The notes below the pieces were generated by a model, which saw only the letters and a list, made by a program, of their open reading frames with translations, was not told the DNA's origin and did not search any database. The position numbers were made by a program, and so were the translations under genes. From Lama glama (taxonomy: Eukaryota): a stretch of DNA of 64,000 nt. Location: assembly GCA_028534125.1 (NCBI GenBank), contig CM052817.1, forward strand, positions 48,920,001-48,984,000. Direction: 5' to 3'. This document shows positions 25,807 through 38,000 of this stretch, piece after piece (within the stretch, counting starts at the first letter, position 1; the number at the start of each line of letters is the position of its first letter).

Positions 25807-28800
25807 GAAGTACTTAAATTAATGTTTCTTCTTTGTTTTGAAATAAATCAGCATTAAATCTGGAAAAATAGAAACCTATCAATTTGGCTGACTTGGCTGT
25901 AAATTACTTTCCTCATTTCAGAGAACCATAAAAACAGGGAAGTTCCCTTATAATATGACAGTAAAAGTCAAACCTGGAAACTACATTTAACTTAATTCCC
26001 AAATACACTTTGTGAATGTTCATTACTTGACTGAATTTTGGCATCAGTTAGTAAGTGCAATAAAGGAATCTTATGCTTTATTTCATTTTATGTTAAGCGT
26101 GGAAAAGATTGGTAACCATAAATATTTTTAAAAATAACACTGTGGTGTCTCTTCCTATACTAGTGTTATAAATATCAATTACCTACTATGGTTAAAGATG
26201 AAAAACAGGAAGAGCCCTTCCATCGTGTCAATTTACTGCTGACAATCCAATATCTCCAGTTATATGTAAGATCAAGTAAGAAATGATGATAATGACTATC
26301 ACTGTTTGGCATAAGAGTGATGTGAAGGGATTTCGTCTGATGCCCTCTTGAATTATGATAGTGGCTGTGGTGTTTGTTCAGGGTGAGAGAACCCCCTCTC
26401 CCGAATGTGCAGTGTTCTCTCTGTGGAATCAGTTAATACAAACCCCACACTAAAGGCCTCATAGAAGAAAAAGAGTGCTCATATACAAGTATAAATATAT
26501 TTACTTCATCATACACTGAACAATAACATGTGTCTGGCCTTTAGTAAAAAAATTATAAGATACACAGAAAATCAAGAAAAAAATCTGAAGATAAAAAAGC
26601 AGTCATCAGAACCAGAGCCAGTTGTTACACAGATATTGGGGTTCTCAGAGAATTAAAATAATTTAAATTAATAGATCGAAGATTCTAATGGTAAGATAAA
26701 CTGATGCAAGATCACAGGGGTAGTTTTCAGCACAGAGATGGAAACTGTAAGGAAGAAATGAAAATGCTAGAAATCAAAATTTTACTAAGAACAGAGAAAC
26801 AATGTATTTGATTGGCTCATTGGTAGACTCAGCCCAGGAAAGAATCAGAGAACTTGAAGATGTGTTTCCTTCCCTCCTTCACATAGTTATTATAATAATG
26901 ATTATTGAGTACTATTATAGATGCTAGAGACTATGAGAACTGCAGACCATTAAATAAAAAGTAATCTGGGGCAGATTAAATAATTAAAAGTTAAATTAAA
27001 ATCAGACCTTTGGAATATAAAGCTTTGAAGGTGTTACCTTTTTGTGAATGAAGCCATTGGAAAGATGCCTGTGAACTTAACTGAGCCTGTACTTTAGACT
27101 ATTACACTAGAAATGGGTATTATTGAGTCCATTATTGTCTGACTCAACAAGGCAGAAAATCTGTGGATTATGTTTGACTGTATAAACATAAGAGCACCCT
27201 TCTTCTGTTTTATATAGTTTCATACTCCACAAACAGGAGGTGATTTTAGAATACTGGTAGACCAGAACACATCCTGCTATTTTGTAATAATGGAAATAGG
27301 ATACCTTTATTTGTCATTGACTGCTACACTTTCGGAAATGTTGGGGTGTTTAATTTACAAGAGAAATACTCAATAAAGATATGCTACTAACTATAGTTGT
27401 ACATATACAACCCATAGCCAGATTTTTGTAATGTGTTTTCCTACTTTAGTATGTTTTAAATCTCTTTCAATTACAGGAAACTCTTTAGCTATCTGGCCGT
27501 ACCAGTAATATAAACTTAAACCTGGAGAGTCTTCGACAAATCCTTGAAGATCATTTACTGATCGCAAAAAGGAGCTATGATAAATGCTAAGCTCCAGTTT
27601 AATTTATAATAAAATATTAGGTCTGAAATTTATGTAATATGTGAAATTCATTTGAATGTCAGATAATGTTTTGGCTACTAGGGACTCAGGTGAAGCTCTG
27701 CTTACACATTGACCCTCGTGTTGCTTACATTTCAATTTGGGAAGCCAGTAAATATATAGAGAGATTTAGAAGTAAATTGGGTATATCTGTCTAATTTTGG
27801 GGGTCAGCATTTAAGACCTGATGTTATCTAGAGAATTAGGAACTGATTTTAATGAGCTGATTGTAGGTGGCAATTAAAATGGTTAAAATGGATAAGATCA
27901 TTCAGGAAAAAATATGTACAATTTTAAAAGAAGTGGCTGAGGTCAGAGCCCTAGAGAACATTGGTGTTTGTGTGGAAGAAAGAGAAGTATTTCTGAAAAA
28001 TACCTATAAAAAATAACTAAAGAAAGAGAATTATAAGAATTATCAGGAAAAATATTAATCAATATGTTCACTAGAATGATGCCCCTGGGGCAACTTATTC
28101 TTTTTTGACTACAATTTTCTCATCTGCCAGGTATAATATTGATATGTATTTGTAATATAAAAGTAGTATTAATACTCGTAAGGATGAAGCAAATATATAA
28201 ATTACCCTGCACATAGCTGTTAAATTAGTTTTAGATATTATAATCATCATTATTACTTTGCCCTAATGAACGTCATTGAAAAGGATAGATTATAGAGGTA
28301 ATTTTAAAAAGCACTAAAAGAGCTGTTAGCTTTGAACTAAAGATCACCTTACCCCTTGAGACTTGAAGGAGACTGTTAAAGCTATGTTCAGATTTAGATC
28401 GAGCTACTGAGGTGTCATACTAGGGAGGTGGTTAGTGGTTAGGCTTGATGGACCATCTCTGTCAATAAAGTAGAAAGGCGAATTTTTTTTCTAGTGACAT
28501 AATTGAAAGTTTAGGGAGACTTGAGAAAGGCAGCTAACTCTAATGCCAACAAGACAAAGTTGGATAAGCAGTCTTTGGTGACTGACAATGTTCAGAAAAC
28601 AAACTTACTTTAACATTCAGCTGCTTGCATGGAGTGGCAGTAGAAATTTAGTTCATGGTTGGGTGTTTTCCAGTAGGACAAGGACAGAGGGGCAGAAGGG
28701 TTCCATGAGTTTCCAAGATGATATTTAAAATAAGAAAGGATGAAGTCTGGGCTGTGTAAGTGAGGCTAACGGGAAATGGAGAGAATGGAATATAATCAGA

Positions 28801-29654
28801 GTGCTAAGGGATGAATGTTCTATGAAGACAAAGAAAAATTCTCTTAGCTTCTTCCTGTTCCACCCTTTCAAAGTATATGGCATATGTTACCTCCTTCTGA
28901 CAAACCCTTCAGTATTCAGCCTGAATAAGAAAGGAAGTGAGGCAGAGGGCTTGGATGGAATGGAATACAATGAGAGGGTTAAAGAGATTGCAGTCTTCTA
29001 CGAAATCAAAGAAGTCTCCAATTTTTAAATCTTTTCATCAACGGTACATATCATATAATGTCACTCCCCTGTGAAAACTCCTCCATTGCCTTTCTATCAC
29101 AGGCAAATGCTTAACACAACTGCTAAGCTCAAATCACTTTCATCTTTATACCTTCCTCCTTGATCTACTTTCTTTAACTTTTCCTGTCCCTCTGTCTTCT
29201 CTGGACATATCATCCCTCCAGAGTTTTCCCTTACATCCCATGCATAAACCCTCTTATTTGCTTTTGCTGTTTCCCCATGTGTTGATCTCATTAATGGGGG
29301 CCTTGGAAAGTTTATGTTCTCAATGTCTCCTCTAGTGTAACAATGTGAACTGGGAGGAGGACTGAGGGCTCTGGTGAAGGTTTGGGATTAATGCTGTGGC
29401 AAATTATAAGCACAAATAAATTTAAAAAATGGTAGCACAATGACCAAATAGTACTGTGGCCCTAGCTGTGGTTGGAGAATGTAACTTGTAACGTCCAAGG
29501 TTAGCCATTGTGAGAAGTAAAACTGAAGTACCGAGAAACTATACAGTTATTTTTCTGGCAGCCAAGCTGGTTTAAAGTAATTGTTAAAGGACTGTTTATA
29601 TTATCATCAGTAGCCTCGTGGGCCCATATGAACGATAAAAATGACAATTATACA

Positions 29655-29947
29655 CCAATGAATGCATCTGAAATTTTATTTTCACGGAAAAAGAAATGTA
29701 GTTCTATAACTCAAAGAGTAGTGAAAACATTTTCAATATCATCAGCTAAGTTCGTATATAACCACAATACAGACCCAGTATACTCAACATGAACTAACGG
29801 GATGGTATAAATACTTCAGGAAATATTCTGCACAGTCTTCCTTTTCCTCAATATTTCTATCTTATTAATGGGCCTCTCCAAATGTGCTGGTAGGATGAAG
29901 TAAAGTGGTAGATAAGAAACTGCAGAAGATAGATTTTCCAGTTGAGC
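29655..29947 (-). other. CSN1S2: CSN1S2 terminal non-coding exon 17 (3' UTR) with poly(A) signal
   Basis: Acceptor ttcttcttag at 29948; AATAAA at 29675-29680 (minus). The preceding exon 31973-32017 (45 nt) carries the stop codon. The 3' end is approximate. Confidence 0.75.
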
Positions 29948-32005
29948 CTAAGAAGAAAATGATAATATTGTATTATCTACTAGACTTATATTCCAGAAGT
30001 AATGTATGTCTATACACAGAATAACACATACCCATCCATCCTTAGTCTAACAGAATGTTATTATTTATAACTATTATTAGTTAATATTTTCTAGTGCCCA
30101 ATATGATATCTAGCAAATAGGATTTTAATAACTATTTGTTGAAAAAAATTAATGAGTGAGTGAAAAATGATATCCAGGTTCTTCAATCCAGCATACCAAA
30201 GTAATATTTATATTTATTTCTTAAATGGTAAATATTTCCATTTTCAGCCAATTTTGAAGGAACATTTAATTATCCTTATTTTCCAAACAGTTTATTAGAA
30301 ATAAAATATTACTGCTTCCTACATTTAAAATCCTTCAATTAAATTAAAATCTGGATTTTAGTGAAAAAATATTTATTATGCAAAATTACTTTGGGTTGAT
30401 GTTTTAAGAAATCGCTTTAAAATGAATAAATTCTTCAAAATCTATTGTGCATTTTTTAGTTACTGTTTATTTTATAATTTTTCTGTCAGTTCAGTGGCTT
30501 TTGCCTTTTTGTTTTCCCTCTGCCATTGCTCTGCTTAGTCTATTTCTAATTATCTGAAAGCACTTAGTTTAGGACTTAAGTCTGATGTATCGCTTGACCT
30601 TTTTGTGCTACCATGTACTTCTCATGCCTCTAACTTAGCATTTGGCACACTGTATTGCCATTTCTGTGTCCTTATCCGAAACAGAGCTCAATGAGGATAA
30701 GTTTGGTATCTTATTTCTGTCTCCCTCATGTCTCTCACATTATGGGACACATGATCAGCTTTTTAAAAATGTAGAATAGGTATATAAATAATGATAGCGA
30801 GGAGAATATTGTTTTTTATAAAATACAGCTCTATTTTCAGCTCTTACCCATAGTAGTTACTATTTTTCTCACATAAAATTATTTTGTGAAGTTGTCCTGC
30901 CCTTTTTCACATTTGGAGGGTTGAAATGACATGATCAAACAAATCAAGTTTGTGACAATGTACCTAAAGTTAAAAAATATCCTCTAAAAAAATCCCCGAG
31001 CTGGACTTTGGGTGTAGTTTGGCGTCAGCAATGGAGTGTTGAGTCCTAGAGCTGGATATGAGTGTTAGAGTCTTGGCTCTTCCGCTGTTGAAGGGTGATC
31101 ACAGACAATATGTTTAACTTCTGTGGCTTCAGTGTCCATATCTCAAATTGGCTGGTAATATTAACTACCTCCTAGGTTTTTCTGTGACCATGAAATTTAT
31201 TAAGATAGGCAAAGGGTTTAAAATTGTGACCAGCATTCTGAGGCCTCAACAAATTATTACTACTGTTATTATTCATTTCTCTGAAACCTACTTTGTCCTG
31301 TTGCAGGGCATATAAAAAGAACAAGAAGATAAATTGAGTGAGACAGAATTCCAAGATTGGAGATAACCTATATACTGCAAGGACAATATTAAGAAAAATA
31401 AAAGGTAACTATACAAAAAAAGCAACACTAATATGCATTAGTTTCTTTGGGTCTTCATCATGACTTTTTAAAGCAATGGTTAAAATGTCAAAGAAAGAAA
31501 CTAGGAAAAAAAAATTTTGTGTATTGAAAAAAAATGATGATTTTTTCCAGAGAAAATGATGCAGAAAATTTGTTTCAGAAAATCTTCTATAGGAAAACTC
31601 TCTTGACGTGTATCTTCCACCAAACTGAAATGCTGTCTCTACTTCTTGGCTCAACTCAAAGGCAGTAGGTTAACATCTCCGTGAACATTATGCTTGTGAC
31701 AGTTTCCACCCAGAACTATTGCTTGTGGCTGAATGTATCATCAGCTCTAGAGAAACTTTCTTAAAATTTATTTTCAAAATAGTTATAAAATGCATGCAAA
31801 TTACACAGAAAACTTACACTTGTGAATCAAAAAGGTCTAAGCAAAATTGAAAATATTTCATAAACCAAATAGGATTTAATTAAAGTTGAAACTATATTAA
31901 ACAGTATTATGGTTGCAGTCTTTGCACAAAAATCCTATTTATTGTTTAAATTCCAAGTCTAAAGGCACTTACCATAATCAAGTAGAAGCAGTTAATTCAA
32001 GAATC

Positions 32006-35000
32006 TTAAAAGTATCTCTTTAAAAGAGAAAGGAATAACATATTTTAGCTAAATGTTTATAATAACAAAAGAAAGGAATATTTACATTTCCATGGAGATA
32101 TTTAGAATGTTCTTTTGGCATCTCATATTCAAACTATAGGACTAAATTCTTATTTTCTCTAATCATACGGAGGATATCTTTAAATGATATAATAAAGTAA
32201 ATCATATTTTTAAAAATAATGCAAAATGAAGTGACTTGTCAAAATCAAAAGCTTATTTAATGTCAGATCTTCTGATTCCAATCCTCTATTCTTTGTACTG
32301 AATTTTCAGTTCTCTGGGTTCAAGTTACTGCTTTCCCACTTATTCCTTATATTAAAAGATGTTTCTTAAGTCACATTTTAAAAAATGAAATAAAGGAGAA
32401 TTGTAAATTAGAGCTTGGTCCAGCTAATTTTAGAATTTCAGATAATTTTATAAAAAGTAAGTAATAATCTCTATCTTGACCTACCTTCAAGAATTACTAT
32501 AGGAATTCACTGAAACATGAGCACACACTCAGTAAATTTAAATCCAATGTAAATGCAATTTATCATTATAATTATTTTCGCTTATTGTAGCTATATTTGT
32601 ACCATATGATTTATAATTTTATTTCCAGCCTAGAATTTTTAAATTTAATTTTGTTTCAGCTTCTGCTTGAGAACTTGTTGGAATTTTATGTCTCTATTTC
32701 ATGTCCTTAGCTTATTTTTACTACAAAAGATAACTTTTTTTAAAACTATAAATAAAAGGTAGAACTCACCAAATTGGGAATAATTTGGTAAGCTTTTACC
32801 TTGATGTGATTCCATGGAGTCATAGTTTTCTGATATTGATAAACAGTCTTGAGATACTCTGGCCAGAGGAATGTCTGATAATATTGGTAGATTTTGTTCT
32901 GAAAAAAATTGTAAGTAATTTTGTGTCAGAGCACACCTGGACATAACTAAATAAACTAAAGCTTGATTTATTTGGATAAATTCTAAATGATACCAAACAG
33001 ACTTAAGCAAAAGAAAGTTTATTCATTTAGAATTAATTCTATGTTTTGCATTCATAGAATGAACTGTAGAATTAAGAATATTCTTTAGTTTTTTCAGACC
33101 CCAATGCCAAAGTGCTTAAGTGAGAGGAATAAAGAGAAAAGGAAAAAGAAAAAAAAATGTGCAAGAAGGCAAAAGGATAATTTCTTAATTTACTGAAATA
33201 AGCGTTTCAGATTGTGGTTTTTCCATGTCTAGTGGAAACACTGTGGTCCTTAGAGTCATATAGAAGGTGTGATTTAACTTAGCAGATATCTGTGACATTG
33301 AGCCAACTGTTACTCTCTCTGAGTGTCACTTACCTTCTGGAAGTAAATTAATTAATATAGAGAGAGCATTTTGCATAATGCCTGACACCTATTTATGATT
33401 GCTAAATATTTCTCTCCTTCATGTTCTATTTCGAACCATCTATATGGGCCCAACTATGGATTATTGCAGGGATTAAAATTGGAATTAAACACAGTAGCAT
33501 CTGCCTTTAAGATAATTTGCTGCTTTTACAAAATGAAAAATCACTGAGTTTTTAGAATAACAAGAGAATAATGATGATACCATTGGTCCAATGAGAGAAT
33601 GTTTTCGTAAGAGTTTTGACAAAGTAAAGGAAGACTTATAGAAATTTGATTTTATTTTAAAAAATTTGTTTTGTTCTGTTCTGTTGAGAGGATTGTGGCT
33701 CAGCAGTGTCCACGCTGAGTCTGGCTGTGTTATAAACGTTTGTATGAAAAATTTACCAGAAATTTTTGGTGATCCTTTTCTTCTTCAGTCAATTCAGTTT
33801 TCTGTTAATAATAAAAATAAACTTTGATAAATACAGGAGAAAATATCAAAGGTTAATATTTAGTAAATTTTGTTTGAATGGAAAGTACTTACCTTAGTGA
33901 ATACCTCTGTTGATTCCTTAGGGAAAGAAAATGAAAGTCGGCTTTACTTGGATAGCTCACTGGTAATTTTGTCTTTATCATTCTCAGAGAACTAGAGTGA
34001 ATTAGTTTAATAATTCAGGGCCAAGCCACTGTTACAAAGCAACGAAGTGCTACTTTATAGAAATTGATTGTGAATTTAGTGAGTTCAAATATTCATTATC
34101 AGAGCATTCTCTGTGTCAGCATGATACCTGACTGAAAATATGTTTCAAATTTTCTGTTTATCTGTATTTTTCACATAATGTCAGATTCTCATGGAGTATG
34201 TGCAGGTACAAAGGGAGAGAGAGAAGGAGACGGTGAGTGAGAGAGAGAAGAAAGCTAATCAGCCTGCATAAACTTAGGAAGACCTTCATTTTTTTTTTTT
34301 TTTTTTGGTGGCCATGGACCCCAAGTTTGAGAGAAAGGGTAAAGCATGCTTCCTAAGGCCTTTGAGGAAGAAGCTGTGCTGTGCCTCAGGCCACAAGAGT
34401 GTGGGCTACAATCCACGCTTCGTCCTCTCCCAGGACGCTTTCCCATTGTGCTTACCAACTTGGCTGTTTCTACCACAGCAGTTTTGTACCTGTGATTTAC
34501 AGAACTCATAACCCAATCCAGTATTCAACCCCCTAAACAATGAGAGAGAATCAGGGTAAAATTTTGCCGAAGGCAATTGACAAGATGCTGATTTGACATT
34601 GGCTTATTTTTAAAATGCCTTATTTAAAATTAACTTAAAAATAAATACCAATGAACCAGAGTCCAGTGAAAATTAGCAAAGGCATGGGATAGAACAGCTA
34701 GTCTTGACTATGTAGATAGTTCATTTCAGGTGTCAAAAATGACTTTGAACCTGTGTATATTTCTTACAAGGGTTTTTCTTCATTTCCATTTGCTATTTTG
34801 ATGTGGTTCTGCTAAAACAAATTAGCAATACATAATTTACTTAAAATAATTAACAGGAAAGTGCAGTATTTCTCAATAAACTAGTTGGTTGTTTTATTTT
34901 AAAATCATCATTTTTCTCACTAGATGAACTACTAGAAGATTCCTTTAGAAACAAACAAAATAACCAAACTTTGGGGACCAGAGTAATTGAATCCTTTGTA

Positions 35001-38000
35001 TATTTTTAATATTTATGGAATTAAAAGTCTTTCTCATACTACAAAAAGAATATTAGTATGAGAGATGAAAAAGAAGAATTGAAGTAAATTTTCCAGCTCA
35101 AAAAAGTAAAAATCTGATTGAAAAAAGAAAGATTTCAGATAAGCCTAGCTATTAATATTTTAATACTAGTTTTTGAAAATATGACTTAAATATATCTTTA
35201 TATAGAAATAATAATACCTTACCGTATCAACAGTCTTCTTTGAATTTTCCTTAAAGAAATGAGTTAGACATTTTATTCTCACTGTATTGTTTATACATAA
35301 TTTCCTCTTGAATATATGTATAAAACCCCTCTTTTATAAAGAAGAATAATTAAATTTATTTTCTTTGCTTTTGTAGATTGCTGTTGTATCCCAAAGATCT
35401 AGAACCATGTAAGGGACATATTACTTGTTAAATACCTACTTCTTAAGTGAATGATGAGTGACATATCTCATCAGTGAACCAATAAATAGATAAATAAATT
35501 TCATCTGATTGGTGTGCATAACCACATCCCCTCCTGCTTACATTTATATAAAATGAATAATAGTTATTATATACCATAACAAAATAAAAAGTAATTTCTT
35601 AACTGCATTTAATATAAGTGATTTTGACTTCCTGAGAGAAGTTGGCAGATTCCGTAAAAAAAACTGAAATAATACATTTTAACCTTGTTGATAAAATATG
35701 AACCACTTGGATTGTAGCACTTTGTATGGATCTTGATGAACCAGAGTTCTTATTTCAGAATGGTACATTGGATTCCTCTCACTATGTTTACAAAACTTAA
35801 GATGTACACCATGACTTGTGGGTGATATTAATTTCATTTTATTTGAATGAAAATTACTTACCTCTGTGGGAACTTCAGTTGATTCCTTAGGGGAAGAAAA
35901 GAATTAACTAAGCTTTATAGTCGTACTGGAGTAGAAGGGGCAATTAATTCAATATATTTAGAGCCCAGGAACTACTATTTTTTTAGGAATTCAGTAAATA
36001 AATATTCAGAGCCCTCACTTTGTGTCAGAGCAGTAACATGTGACTGAAAGTATGTTTCCTTTCAAAGTTTTCCTCAGTTCTACATTATTCAGCCTCCTGT
36101 GCCACAGCAATAGTAATAGTGACTTTGGGAAAAGCAGTAGTATTAACTTTTTGGTAAGGTCTACTAGCCCAAATCTAATCTTTTTTTTTTAACACCTTTA
36201 TTGTGTCATGGTTCCTGTACAGTAAACTACACATATTTCAAATGTACAATTTGATGAATTTTGATAGATGTACACACAATGAAACTACTACCACAATCAA
36301 GATAGCTAACATTTCCATCACTCCCCAAGAGATGCAATTTTCGAATTTCCAATTTATCCCTTCTGACCCCCCTTTACCCCTGGTAACCATCTTTGTATCC
36401 TTGGATGTGTACATTTTTGTTCTGCCTTCCCCATATTTTTCTTGGATGTCTGAAGTTCCAATTTCCCCATATTATGTAAGTCAAGATTTATTGCTTACAA
36501 AACTAGATCAAAGACTGTCTATTACAATGTTTGATAAATGTTAGTATCTTAGTAGTTTCCCGGGTATTACCTTTGTAATAAAATGCCTTACCTCACTGAT
36601 GGAGAGCTGCTCTGTGTTCTGAATCCAAAAAAAAAAAAAAAAGAGGGCCAACATAACTTTTGTTCTCATATGAGAAAAAATTCCTTAAGATAAACTGTTT
36701 TATGAAACAAAATGGTAGAAAGTACTTGGAATTTGGGCAAGTTACTTCATTTCCTTATATTTTCTTACAGTACGATCTTTTTGTTACATGAAGATAATGA
36801 TTACTTCCCCTCCCAACTTAGAGAATTGTTTTAGGAACTAAGCGAAATAATATAGGGGCAAACACTTAAGACAGGTATGTTCAATTAATTCCTTGTCACT
36901 ATGGTTACTACTGTTATTTGTTACTATATTTAGACTATATTGTTTGTGATTTAATTTCTGGACTACGAGATTTTGTTCCCAATTGTTCTACTTTCTAAGT
37001 TAAAATCTGTTGGGGCATTTTGTCTCTAGATATTGTACATATCTTTACCCTGATCTCATCCCCCACCAGAAACAAACCAACAAAAATAACAAAGGACAAA
37101 CTGAAAAACCAGCACTCACCACAGTGGGAATAAAGGGGTAGACCATTGTCTTGCCCTGATCCCATGGATTCATAACAATCTGACCTTGATGAAGAGCCTG
37201 GAGATACTGGAGGAATTTCCACTTCTGATAAAATTGACTGATTTTGTTCTAGAGAGAAAGAAAATTATCAAAATTTACTCCAATATTGAACCTCCTCCAT
37301 GGCTCAAAAGCACATTTTGTCAGAACCAAATTACTTAGACCTTTAATTAGATAATTTAAAAATGGTGGCAAATTTACCTAACAAGGATAGTTCAGTCACA
37401 TAAAATTTATTGTAACTGTTTCTACCTTTGTTAATACATAGCAAAATTAACAACATTGTCTGATTATGAAGACCTCCAGAACAGTATCTGTGTGAAAAAA
37501 CAAAAATAGGTGTAAGAAAGGAAAGGGACATTTCTTGAGTTAAAAGGCAAATGTCTGTCATTTCTTTCTGGTGTGTGTAAGAAATCTGCTCTTTGGAGTC
37601 AGACAGAACTGAACTATAATTCCCTTTATCCTAAGTGTTAGAATTCATAACTTGGTCATTATGTTGTTTATGCATATTATATCATATTGCATTCTCCCTG
37701 AGCATTAGTTACCATGTAGGATTATATCTGTTAAAATATATGGCAGTGTGCTATGTCTGTCTGTCTGTCTGTCTGTCTATCACCTATCAGGCTTAATAAA
37801 TATTCTAGTAAATTCCATAGCCTTCGAGCTGACTCTAAAGATCTTTTTAGAGATTAAATATAAAACTGCAGTGCCAGCTTCACTCAACAGAATGTTCATT
37901 TCATAGAGATTTGAAAATATGGGTGTGTAGAATGTCAATCGGTCTTTAGAATTTTCTGTGAGTAACCTGTTACCTTGAAGGTGGTACAAAGGGAGAGTGC

